A stretch of 64,000 nucleotides of DNA from a candidate division WOR-3 bacterium (GCA_965648935.1 CBFGIY010000001.1:40216-104215), one strand, 5' to 3'; shown: positions 18,507 to 27,151, counted from the stretch's first letter. Made by a program: numbers and translations. Notes: a model not told the origin generated them from the letters alone.

Positions 18507-19226
18507 GTGCTCGCGGTCCTCTGCGCCGCGCTTGCCGCGCTCGGCCCGGCCGACTCGCTCGCCGCACAGGGCCGCTGGTACCTTGACCATCGCCACCTCG
18601 ACCGGTCCTGGCTTGATTCGGCCGCCGCACTCGCGGCCCGGGCCCGCGCTCTGGACCGCTTCGCCGAGGCCGCGGTCGCGCTCGACTGCGATGTCCGGCT
18701 GAACCGCGGGCTGGACACATCCGGCAGACCTGAACGGCTCATCGTGTTCCGCGCGATGCAGGCGCTTGCCGACTCGATGCGCTCGGCCCGGCCCGAAAGC
18801 CCGGTCGGCCACTTCCAGTGGGCCACGGCCACCGCCCAGATCGGCCTTGCCCAGCGCAACCTCGCCGCGCTCCAGGCCATCCCGGCCGTGCGCCGCGCCT
18901 ATGCCCGCGCGCTCGAACTCCAGCCCGCTCACGTCGGCGCGCTCTACGGTTTGGCCATGCTCTGGGCCGGCCCGCCGCGGATTGCCGGCGGCGCCCCAGA
19001 GCGAGCCGACAGCCTCCTCTCAGTAGCCATCGCGCTCGACCCGCGCCTGACAATGCTGCGCGTCGAGCGCGCCCGTCTGCTCATCGCGGCGAAACGCCGC
19101 GCCGAAGCGCGAGTCGAACTAGGAGCGGTGATGCGCGAAACCAGCCCGAGTGTTCCGTCGGCCTACTGGCTGAACGACCGGCATACCGCAGAGAAGCTGC
19201 TGGAGGAATTGGAGCAGGCCCGGTGA
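18507..19226 (+). CDS. Secreted helical-repeat (TPR-like) protein, paralog B
   Basis: Tandem paralog of 17730..18503, with clear collinear similarity. It starts 3 nt after paralog A. Confidence 0.55.
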   Translation: MLAVLCAALAALGPADSLAAQGRWYLDHRHLDRSWLDSAAALAARARALDRFAEAAVALDCDVRLNRGLDTSGRPERLIVFRAMQALADSMRSARPESPVGHFQWATATAQIGLAQRNLAALQAIPAVRRAYARALELQPAHVGALYGLAMLWAGPPRIAGGAPERADSLLSVAIALDPRLTMLRVERARLLIAAKRRAEARVELGAVMRETSPSVPSAYWLNDRHTAEKLLEELEQAR

Positions 19227-19310
19227 GCGCAGCTGGTGCTCTTTCGCGTGTCCGCCCCCTTCATTTCCGCATGCTTGAAACCCGGGACCCGCGTTCCCAT
19301 AAGGAGAAAG

Positions 19311-19814
19311 ATGGCAAACACAACTGACAACCTGAAGGCGGCATTCGCTGGCGAGAGCCAGGCCAACCGCCGCTACCTTGCCTTCGCGAAGAAGGCAGAC
19401 CAGCAGGGCCTGCCCGGCGTCGCGAAGCTCTTCCGCGCCGCGGCCGAGGCCGAAACCGTCCACGCCCACGCCCACCTGCGCGTGCTCGGCGGCGTCAAAG
19501 ACACGGCTGACAACCTCAAAGAGGCCATCGCCGGCGAGCACCACGAGTTCGCCTCGATGTACCCCGAGTTCCTCGCCGTGGCCAGGGCCGAGAACAACGT
19601 CGCCGCCCAGAAGAGCTTCGAGTTCGCCCTCGCCGTCGAGAAGATCCACCACCAGCTCTACTCCGAAGCGCTGGCCGCGGTCCAGTCGGGCAAGGACCTG
19701 CCCGCCGGCGAAATCTGGGTCTGCAGCGTCTGCGGCAACACGGTCCACGGCGCGCCGCCCGACAAGTGCCCGATCTGCGGCGTGGCCCGCGACAGATTCA
19801 CCCGCATCGACTGA
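19311..19814 (+). CDS. rbr: Rubrerythrin
   Basis: Ferritin-like diiron ExxH motifs (EAETVHAHAH, EHHEF, EKIHHQ) plus a C-terminal rubredoxin-like CSVCGN...CPICG. ATG 19311 is preceded by AAGGAGA. The track ORF starts at an upstream out-of-context Met. Confidence 0.85.
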   Translation: MANTTDNLKAAFAGESQANRRYLAFAKKADQQGLPGVAKLFRAAAEAETVHAHAHLRVLGGVKDTADNLKEAIAGEHHEFASMYPEFLAVARAENNVAAQKSFEFALAVEKIHHQLYSEALAAVQSGKDLPAGEIWVCSVCGNTVHGAPPDKCPICGVARDRFTRID

Positions 19815-19833
19815 CCCGGTCGGTCAAAAAGAA

Positions 19834-19855
19834 GGCGGGCCCGCGCGGGCCCGCC
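19834..19855. terminator. Bidirectional intrinsic terminator hairpin between convergent genes
   Basis: Perfect palindrome GGCGGGCCCGCGCGGGCCCGCC. On the minus-strand transcript it is followed by TTCTTTTTGACC, and on the plus strand by TTGCGTTCT. Confidence 0.6.
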
Positions 19856-19874
19856 TTGCGTTCTGCGGTCAGCT

Positions 19875-20195
19875 TCAGTCGAAATCCAGCGCGGCCTCCG
19901 GCCCGTTCTCGGCCGGTTCGACGCGCACGCCCGCGGGCAGCCCGGCGACCGCCTCATCGCCCGGGGCCGAAAGCGCGGCCGCGTCGCGCCGCGAGCGCGC
20001 CGCCGCGATCCGCTCCAGCGCGTCGCTGATTATCCGCACCCGCGTGTCGGCCGCGGCGCGGCGGTTGATGATGATCATCCAGCAGTCGCGCAGCCGGCAC
20101 ATCCCGCCCTCGCCCTGCACGTCGTCGTACACCAGCCTGATGCCCTGCTCGCGGCAGGCCTGCTCCAGCCCCAGAAGCCTCTTCTTCGGAGTCAT
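19875..20195 (-). CDS. Small hypothetical protein (~106 aa) translationally coupled to the epimerase
   Basis: ATG at 20195 overlaps the epimerase TGA as ATGA. The core is MTPKKRLLGLEQACREQGIRLVYDDVQGEGGMCRLRDCWMIIINRR and the tail is low-complexity. No family recognised. Confidence 0.4.
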   Translation of the reverse strand: MTPKKRLLGLEQACREQGIRLVYDDVQGEGGMCRLRDCWMIIINRRAAADTRVRIISDALERIAAARSRRDAAALSAPGDEAVAGLPAGVRVEPAENGPEAALDFD

Positions 20196-21151
20196 TGCCA
20201 CCCTTTCTCCTTGCACCACTCGAGAGTCTCGGCAAGCCCCCTCTCGAGCGTGTACTCCGGCTCAAACCCCAGCTCCGCGCGCGCCTTGTCCGGGCAGCAC
20301 ACCCAGCAGTCGTGCACCAGCTCGCGCGCCTTGTCCCGGTTGACATAGCTCCCGCCCGGGTGCAGCCACTCGGTCACGGTCGCGACCGCGAACACGAACC
20401 AGCCCGGCGCCCTGATGCGCCACACCCGGTGCCCGAGAGAGCGCGCGCCCAGCTCGGCGAACTGCGCCGCGGTGTGCTCTTCCCCGTCCGACACCAGGTA
20501 CACCGACCCGCTCGGCACGTCGCGCTCTGCGGCCAGCAGGGCCGCGCGCGCCGCGTCCTTGACATACACAACAGAGAAAGAGCCCCACGGGTCGAGCAGT
20601 ATGCCCCGGCGCAGCGCGTTCATTATTATCATCGTGTTCGCATCGTCCGGCCCGTACACCGCGGGCAGCCGCAGAATCACCGAGCGCAGCCGCTCGCGCA
20701 GCCCGAGCACCGCGCGCTCGGCCGCCAGCTTTGACTCGCCGTACCGACTCACCGGCGCGGGCGCCTGCGCCTCGGTCGTCGGGCGGTCGCGCGCGGGCGC
20801 CGGCCCGCACGCCGCCGTGCTCGACACGAACACGAATCGCTTCACGCCCGCCTCCGCGCACGCCTCGGCAATCACCCGCGTGCCCTCGCGATTCACCTGC
20901 ACCAGGTCGCGGCCTCTGCCCGGCGACACCTCGGCCGCGCAGTGGAAAACCCAGTCACAGCCCTGCACCGCCGCGCTCACCGTTGCCGGCTCGCGCAGGT
21001 CCGCGTGGACAGCGACCGCGCCCGCCCCTGCCAGCCGGTCCAGCCTGCTCGTCCGGCGCACCATCGCCCGCACCTCGTGGCCGCGCTCGGCCAGCAACCG
21101 GCACAGGTGCGAACCGATGAAGCCGCTCGCCCCGGTCACCAATGCCCTCAT
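20192..21151 (-). CDS. NAD-dependent epimerase/dehydratase (extended SDR)
   Basis: N-terminal Rossmann motif VTGASGFIGSHL and a YxxxK catalytic dyad context. Confidence 0.8.
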   Translation of the reverse strand: MRALVTGASGFIGSHLCRLLAERGHEVRAMVRRTSRLDRLAGAGAVAVHADLREPATVSAAVQGCDWVFHCAAEVSPGRGRDLVQVNREGTRVIAEACAEAGVKRFVFVSSTAACGPAPARDRPTTEAQAPAPVSRYGESKLAAERAVLGLRERLRSVILRLPAVYGPDDANTMIIMNALRRGILLDPWGSFSVVYVKDAARAALLAAERDVPSGSVYLVSDGEEHTAAQFAELGARSLGHRVWRIRAPGWFVFAVATVTEWLHPGGSYVNRDKARELVHDCWVCCPDKARAELGFEPEYTLERGLAETLEWCKEKGWQ

Positions 21152-22066
21152 CTACCGCAGGCGCGGCGCCAGGGCGCGCTCGAAGTAGTCGCGCGCCGCG
21201 AGCGCCGCCTCTTTCGGCCGCACCTCGAAGGTCAGCGTCGCCCTGGTCCGGGCAAGCATCGCCAGGAGCGGGACAAAGTCAATCCGGCCCTTGCCCGGGG
21301 CGAGGTGCTCGTCGCGCACCCCGTTGTTGTCGTGCACGTGGCAGTGGCACACGCGCGCGAGGTGCCGCCGAAAGAACTCCTGCTCGGCCGCGCGCTCGGC
21401 CGGCCTGAGGATGTTGGTATGCCCCAGGTCGTAGCACAGCCCGAGCCAGCCGCCCAGCATCCGGTCCAAGAGCCTCTGCACGAACGGGTAGCGGAACCCC
21501 CCGACATTCTCGATGCACAGCCGGGTCCGGCCCCGCGCATGGCCCTTCAGCTCGGCCAGGGCCGAACCGACCAGCTCGCGGTAGAAATCCGGGAAGTAAT
21601 CGTGCGGGTACACGTACCCCGCGCCCTGCCCGTAATGCATCTCGAACCCGAGGTGCAGCACCGCCTTGGCGATGCCTGAGTCCCGGCACTGGTCCAGCAG
21701 CCGCTTCGTCTCGGCCACGCCCGCGGCCACGACCCGCCTGCTCGGCACGAAGAACGAGGGTCCCTCGATCGCGTGCACCGCCAGCGTCAGCCCGAGCCGC
21801 ACAGCCGCGGCCCGGATGCGCCTGCGCTCCCGCGCCCGTTCGAGCTGCTCCGCGAAATGCCGGTTCCCGAGGTTCAGCTCCAGCACGGGAAAGGCGTTCG
21901 CCGCGGCGAACTCGATCGCCGCGACGATGTCGTCGAAGTCGAAGAGAATCTGCAGGCCCAGGCGCGAGCGTATGGCGTCTGCCGCGTGCACGCCCGATTC
22001 TATGGAAGTCCTCCCCGCCGTCAATTCGGTTTGGTTTTCTTTCGCGTCAAGTCCACGGATTGACAA
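21152..22066 (-). CDS. Sugar-phosphate isomerase/epimerase (xylose-isomerase-like TIM barrel)
   Basis: AP-endonuclease-2/xylose-isomerase-like TIM-barrel blocks (LHLGFEMHYGQ, LCIENVGGF, LCYDLGHTNI, HVHDNNG). Confidence 0.7.
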   Translation of the reverse strand: MSIRGLDAKENQTELTAGRTSIESGVHAADAIRSRLGLQILFDFDDIVAAIEFAAANAFPVLELNLGNRHFAEQLERARERRRIRAAAVRLGLTLAVHAIEGPSFFVPSRRVVAAGVAETKRLLDQCRDSGIAKAVLHLGFEMHYGQGAGYVYPHDYFPDFYRELVGSALAELKGHARGRTRLCIENVGGFRYPFVQRLLDRMLGGWLGLCYDLGHTNILRPAERAAEQEFFRRHLARVCHCHVHDNNGVRDEHLAPGKGRIDFVPLLAMLARTRATLTFEVRPKEAALAARDYFERALAPRLR

Positions 22067-22067
22067 G

Positions 22068-22439
22068 TCAGGGCGTCGGGTCGGGAATCGAAAGCACCTG
22101 CAGGCGCAGTGCGTCGAGCACGGTCTTCTTCAGCTCGCGCGCAATCCACTTGTTCTCGACCACCATCGCCTCGCGCCGCAGGGTCTCGCCCGTGAACCGC
22201 CGCTTCTTCTTCCACACCTCGCGGCAGAAATTCAGGTACCCGATGTAGGTGTGGGTCGGCACCCCGGCCTCGCCGAGTACCTCCTTGGCCTTGTTCTCCA
22301 GTTCGGCCAGCTCCTCCTGCACCTCGGTTTGCTTCGCGACCATCCGCTCGCGCCGCGCATCCACGAGCTTCTTGATGGTCTCGGTATTGTACTTCAGATT
22401 GTAGTTGTAGACGCGGTCGACCCCGGACTTCACTCCCAC
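22068..22439 (-). CDS. Hypothetical lysine-rich coiled-coil protein
   Basis: GTG start is preceded by AAGGAG. The -35/-10 (TTGACA/TAGAGT) lies at 22532-22560. No family recognised. Confidence 0.5.
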   Translation of the reverse strand: MGVKSGVDRVYNYNLKYNTETIKKLVDARRERMVAKQTEVQEELAELENKAKEVLGEAGVPTHTYIGYLNFCREVWKKKRRFTGETLRREAMVVENKWIARELKKTVLDALRLQVLSIPDPTP

Positions 22440-22531
22440 GAGTACGCTCCTTTCCCTGCACGCCGCAGCGGCAAGCCAGCCGCCGCCGCGCGCGCCTCAA
22501 CCAGTCCTGAAAACGATGCCATAACGCCCCG

Positions 22532-22560
22532 ACTCTAGCGAAATCAGGCCGGCCTGTCAA
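22532..22560 (-). promoter_or_regulatory. Sigma70-like promoter for the 22068..22439 gene
   Basis: On the minus strand: TTGACA, 17 nt, TAGAGT. Confidence 0.45.
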
Positions 22561-22870
22561 CACCCGACAACCCGCTTACCTCCCGCCGCCCAACCCCTCA
22601 ACCAACTAACCAACCAGCCCAACTCTCATACCGACCACCCTTGCATCTAACCATATAACCATCAACTACTTATTCAACCAAGTACTCATAGGTAGGGGCT
22701 AGCCCCCACACTAGCCCCCCGGCAGTACACTAGGCTGAATGACAGACTAAACTAATAGCGATACAGCTCGCCGATAGGGTAGCTATACGATGCGCTGATT
22801 ACCGGCCTGCCATTAGGCCAACCCATCAGGCATTCCATCAGCCAGCCGGACCAATACCTTACACAGAAGC
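22561..22870. other. Strand-asymmetric C/A-rich, G-poor, low-GC non-coding stretch containing the palindrome GGGGCTAGCCCC
   Basis: No ORF on either strand. The plus strand reads caacccctcaaccaactaaccaaccagcccaactc..., with the palindrome at 22695-22706 and a second CTAGCCCCCC copy. The composition differs from the ~70% GC flanks. Confidence 0.5.
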
Positions 22871-23188
22871 ACCAGTGGTTTGTATGCCTTGTGCTATGCT
22901 CATTCATTCGAATTACTTACGGCTCGGTCACTCGATTCAGACCGATGCTGCGGCGTCCGGCCGAGCCGTGGCGCCCATCAACCTGCCGCTTGACGCGAGG
23001 CTTCCCAGCAAAACCACGCCGCCGGAGTCCGCTTCCCCGGCGACTCGTGCCAGTCCGTCAATCTGCCCGGCTTGCTGCCTTCGGCCAGCGACCGCAGTGT
23101 TGTCTGCTCCCCGCCGACCGACGTGCCGACCCACCACAGCGAGCGAGCCGGCGGCAGATGCGCCGCCGGCTCATAGAGACCGCATTGC

Positions 23189-25003
23189 CTATCGGGTCTT
23201 CACCGCCTTCTTGACCCAGCTTTGTCCGCCAGACTCCAGACTGAACAGGTAGATTCCCTTGGGCACGACGTGACCTCTCTCATCTCGCCCGTCCCATAGC
23301 ACCTGATGGACTCCGCCCACTGCAGTCCCCTTGCTCAGCTCTCGAACGGCCACTCCGGCAGCGTCCAAGACTCGCAGACTGAAGACCGCATTTGCTGGAA
23401 CGCTGCAAGTCAGCCGGATGCTCCTGCTGAAGTGGCTCGGCCTGACATCTACTAGCCCGACTGCGGCGCGACTCGTCCCTGGGGCGCCTGACTCGTCGAC
23501 GGCAACTGTCTCCGTCCCGAAGCGGAAGACTGACGTAGAGCGCCTCGTACCCTCGCCATTTATGGCTAGAACGGACCAGAAGTACGTGGTGTTGTTCCTA
23601 AGCGGTACGACGCTGCCGTAATTGAACGACGTCCCAGTGGAACTACCCACTGTCACCTGCGGTGGATTCTGAGTGTCCAAGTTGATGTAGTACGACGTGG
23701 CACCAGCGGCGGCCTGCCAAGTCATTGTCCCTCGGGTCGCCACGCCTACGGCGTTGTTGACTGGCGTGAGCAATTCGAAGGGGCCAGGCCCGAGGGGAGC
23801 GGTCACGAAGTAGAACCTGCTATTGCACTCTCTCTGTCCTGCGCTATTTCTCGCAACAACGTACCAGTAGTATGTTCGACCTGGAAGACAGGAGTAAGGG
23901 GTTGATGTCCCCGTGACATTGCGAAGGAATCCTGGAGGATTCGTAAGCCCGAGGTAGACATCATAGCTCGTGGCACCCGATGAAGACGCCCAACGCAACG
24001 TACCAGTGGCCGGTAACTCACGCGAACCGTTTGCTGGGGAGGTCAGGTCAAATGCGCCTGGAGCAGCAATGACCGTGCTAAAGCTGAACACAGCGTTGCA
24101 CTGCCTGCTACCTGAGCTGTTTTCCGCAATCACACGCCAGTAGTATGTCTGACCATTATCGCCCGAGTATGTGGTGGAAGTCGTCGGAGCGGTCACGGTC
24201 CTGAGGTACGGAGGCGGATAGGCCGTGCCGAAGTACACCTTGTAGCGCTCTGCATTTGAGGATGTTCCCCACCGCAGCGTCCCCGAAGTTGGCTGGTTCG
24301 TGGCGCCGTCAGTAGGTGATGTGAGACTGAATGGCCCAGGTGCCGGCTGGATACGAACTGCCCCATTCACATACACTGCGATGCGATTAACCCCCATCGT
24401 ATCACTACCGTTCCAGATGTTCACCTTAGCAACGTTGTTGCTGGTGTTCCAGTTTATGGAACTCGAAGGCTTGGTGATGGACCAGAACCTCCAGGTCTCA
24501 TCCAAGTAGGGCGTCGTACCAGAAGAGCTATTTATGCTGATCTGGGCGCTCGCGTTGCCTCCCTTTGCCGTTAGAAGCGCTACCACATCGACATCATCAC
24601 AGCTCCCGTAGCCGGTCATGTTTAGGTTGTAGTACTCAACCGCGCCACCTGTGACCGGTATCCGCCAGCAATACGGGTTGCCGCTGATCCACGATATCCT
24701 CCCCACCGTGGTGTTGCCGGTACGCCTGAGTGATCCATTCCCGTTTGGATTAGTACCAGTGATTTCCAGAGCTCCTGTACTCGTGTTGATGACTGCCTGC
24801 TGGCTGAAGTCATCGAACGAACCGTCAGGCAGGTTGCCCTGCCCGTCGACCGGCAACGCAGGCTGACGTGACTCCCCGACAGGCAGGTCAAACCTGAGCG
24901 TAACCTTGCCGTTTCCTTCATCCGCCACGACCACCGGCTGAACGACTATGGCGTTCTCGATGCCGGCCGCTACGAGCATGAGGGCAATCATGCCCACGAT
25001 CAT
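23189..25003 (-). CDS. Secreted protein with three tandem ~85-aa fibronectin-III-like repeats and a T9SS/FlgD-Ig-like C-terminal sorting domain
   Basis: ATG 25003 is preceded by GGGAGG. The signal peptide is MIVGMIALMLVAAG. Three repeats follow the pattern LTSP.NG....TGTLRW.SSSGATSY.VY.G...PP..L..VT...T.Y......TYYW.V.A.NS.G.R.C..F. The C-terminal tail is GVHQVLWDGRDERGHVVPKGIYLFSLESGGQSWVKKAVKTR. GC is ~52-58%, against ~70% elsewhere in the window. Confidence 0.7.
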   Translation of the reverse strand: MIVGMIALMLVAAGIENAIVVQPVVVADEGNGKVTLRFDLPVGESRQPALPVDGQGNLPDGSFDDFSQQAVINTSTGALEITGTNPNGNGSLRRTGNTTVGRISWISGNPYCWRIPVTGGAVEYYNLNMTGYGSCDDVDVVALLTAKGGNASAQISINSSSGTTPYLDETWRFWSITKPSSSINWNTSNNVAKVNIWNGSDTMGVNRIAVYVNGAVRIQPAPGPFSLTSPTDGATNQPTSGTLRWGTSSNAERYKVYFGTAYPPPYLRTVTAPTTSTTYSGDNGQTYYWRVIAENSSGSRQCNAVFSFSTVIAAPGAFDLTSPANGSRELPATGTLRWASSSGATSYDVYLGLTNPPGFLRNVTGTSTPYSCLPGRTYYWYVVARNSAGQRECNSRFYFVTAPLGPGPFELLTPVNNAVGVATRGTMTWQAAAGATSYYINLDTQNPPQVTVGSSTGTSFNYGSVVPLRNNTTYFWSVLAINGEGTRRSTSVFRFGTETVAVDESGAPGTSRAAVGLVDVRPSHFSRSIRLTCSVPANAVFSLRVLDAAGVAVRELSKGTAVGGVHQVLWDGRDERGHVVPKGIYLFSLESGGQSWVKKAVKTR

Positions 25004-25428
25004 GCGTACCTCCCTAGTCTTGCGCCCACCGCACCAGCGTGCGCTTGCCTGCGTCTCGGCTCGGTGCCGCCGTGATGGACTTCTTGGTATGTCGCATCGG
25101 GCAACAGAATGCACAGAGCGTGCCAAGCGGACACGAGGACGAAGTCAAAGGCCAAAAGCCAAAACTCAAATGCCAAATCGACCGAGGAACGAGGTCATCC
25201 CGAGGGAATCGAGGGACCTTGCCCCGAGAGCCTGGCCCGCAACTGTCACCGAGGAGTGACGGGAGGTGTAACCGGGCGGTTACGGGCGGGGCGTTTGCGA
25301 AGCGGTGTGAATGAGGCTAACGGATGGGTGAGTGGGTGCTGGAATCGCGGGCTGGACAGGCCGAACTGAGTGCCGGCGGCTCTTGGCGTGGCCCAGACGC
25401 GCCCCTGCGGGGACGCAGTGCACTTCGT

Positions 25429-25752
25429 TCAGAGTGACATCGGGCGAGGCAGCAATGCCGCGACATACTGCTCCTCGGCCTCTGCCAGCACCTCGTCCCG
25501 GAAGTACGGACTGAGGAACTGCGGCGTGTTCAGGTCCACCTTCCGCCCGAGAATCGCCGACAACTCCTGTTCCATGTCGAAGTACGCCAACCCCGGCACG
25601 TGCCCGGGCTCGAACTCCACGAGCACGTCCACGTCGCTGTCCGGTTGGAAGTCCTCACGCAGTGCCGACCCGAAGAAGGACAGCCGGCGGATGTGGTGTC
25701 GCCGGCAGAACTCCGCAACGCGCTCGCGGTCGACATTGAGGCTGATACTCAC
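25429..25752 (-). CDS. Minimal nucleotidyltransferase (MNT/MntA-like antitoxin domain), orphan
   Basis: Nucleotidyltransferase fold motif GS...DSDVDVLVEF. There is no intact HEPN partner downstream. Confidence 0.65.
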   Translation of the reverse strand: MSISLNVDRERVAEFCRRHHIRRLSFFGSALREDFQPDSDVDVLVEFEPGHVPGLAYFDMEQELSAILGRKVDLNTPQFLSPYFRDEVLAEAEEQYVAALLPRPMSL

Positions 25753-25782
25753 GCCAGAGGATATGCCGACGGCGAGGCCGCG

Positions 25783-27138
25783 TCAAGACGCGTCGGCCGC
25801 GATGCCGAGGCGTTTGAGGATGCGGTGCAGGCTCGGGCGCTCGATGCCGAGCAGGCGCGCGGCGGCGGTGATGTTGCCGTGGGCCTCGGCCAGCGCCTTT
25901 TGGACCGCGTGGCGCTCGGCCTCGTCGACGACGGCCTTGAGCGTGCCGTCAGCCACCGGTGCCTCACTACCGTCGAGGAAGGTCTTGAGTTCAGCGACGT
26001 CGACCGTCTGCGCCTCGGCAAGCACGACGACGCGCTCCAGCAGGTTGCGCAGCTCCCTGACATTGCCCGGCCACTCGTGCGCCGCCAGCAGCGCCACGCC
26101 GTCTTGCGATATGCTGACACGCCGGTTGTGACGGAGGCTGTACCGGTCGAGAAAGAACTCAACCAGCGCAGGGATGTCATCGCGCCGCTCGCGCAGCGGC
26201 GGCACGCGGATGGCCACGACGTTCAATCGGTGATACAGGTCTTCGCGGAAGCTCCCGGCCTTGACCGCGAAAGGCAGGTCCTTGTTGGTCGCGGCGACCA
26301 CCCGCGCGTCCACGCTCAGGGCCTGGTTGCCGCCGACCCGCTGGACCTCGGCGTTCTCCAGGAACCGTAGCAGCTTGGCCTGCGCGGCCAAACTCATATC
26401 GCCAATCTCGTCGAGGAACAGCGTCCCGGTGTCGGCCTCCTGCAGGCGTCCCTTGCGCTGGGCCGACGCGCCGGTGAACGAGCCCTTCTCGTGGCCGAAC
26501 AGCTCGCTTTCGATGATGTCCCGGCTGATTGCGGCGCAGTTGAGCGCGACAAACGGCCCGTCTGACCGCAGGCTCTGCAGGTGCAGGGCGCGCGCCACCA
26601 ACTCCTTGCCGACCCCGCTCTCGCCGGTCACGAGCACGCTGGCCGTAGTCGGCGCGGCCCGCGCGATGAGCTCACGCACGCGCCGCATCGCCGCGCTCTC
26701 CCCAATCATCCGGAACCGGTCTTCCACCTCGGCCTTGAAGTGCGCCACCTGCCGCGCAAGCCTGCCCCGCTCGATGGCGTTGCTGACCGTCACGCGTATC
26801 CGGTTGGCGTCGGGCGGCTTCTCGAGGAAGTCGTATGCGCCGAGCCTCAGCGCCTCCACTGCTGCCTTGATGCTGCCCTGCCCGGACAACATCACCACCG
26901 GCAGGTTCGGCGCAATCTCCCGGACCCGCCGCAGGACCTCCAGCCCGTTGATGTCCGGCAGCATCAGGTCCAGCATCAGCGCATCGGGCACCCGCTCGGT
27001 CACCGCCTTCACGCCCGAGCCGCCGTCGGTGAACGCCTGTGCCTCCCAGCCGGCCTGCGTCAGTATCCGCCTGAGCGCATCGGCCAGCCGCGGGTCATCG
27101 TCCACGACATAGACAAGCATTGGTCTCACTTCAGGCAT
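25783..27138 (-). CDS. Sigma54-dependent response regulator (NtrC family)
   Basis: REC domain with DLMLPD, an AAA+ sigma54-interaction domain (GESGVGKE, GAFTGA-like GSFTGA, ESELFGHEKGSFTGA) and a C-terminal Fis-type HTH. Confidence 0.85.
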   Translation of the reverse strand: MPEVRPMLVYVVDDDPRLADALRRILTQAGWEAQAFTDGGSGVKAVTERVPDALMLDLMLPDINGLEVLRRVREIAPNLPVVMLSGQGSIKAAVEALRLGAYDFLEKPPDANRIRVTVSNAIERGRLARQVAHFKAEVEDRFRMIGESAAMRRVRELIARAAPTTASVLVTGESGVGKELVARALHLQSLRSDGPFVALNCAAISRDIIESELFGHEKGSFTGASAQRKGRLQEADTGTLFLDEIGDMSLAAQAKLLRFLENAEVQRVGGNQALSVDARVVAATNKDLPFAVKAGSFREDLYHRLNVVAIRVPPLRERRDDIPALVEFFLDRYSLRHNRRVSISQDGVALLAAHEWPGNVRELRNLLERVVVLAEAQTVDVAELKTFLDGSEAPVADGTLKAVVDEAERHAVQKALAEAHGNITAAARLLGIERPSLHRILKRLGIAADAS

Positions 27139-27151
27139 AGCAGTGCAACCT

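Noticed and set aside
17723-18586. 287-aa plus-strand ORF overlapping the paralog genes in another frame
   Set aside because: Its composition is Arg/Pro-rich. The alternative frame gives two mutually similar signal-peptide proteins, which is stronger evidence.
19227-19310. Rex or PerR operator upstream of rubrerythrin (TTGAAACCCGGGACCCGCGTTCC)
   Set aside because: There is no convincing inverted-repeat match to the TTGTGAA-N6-TTCACAA or Per-box consensus.
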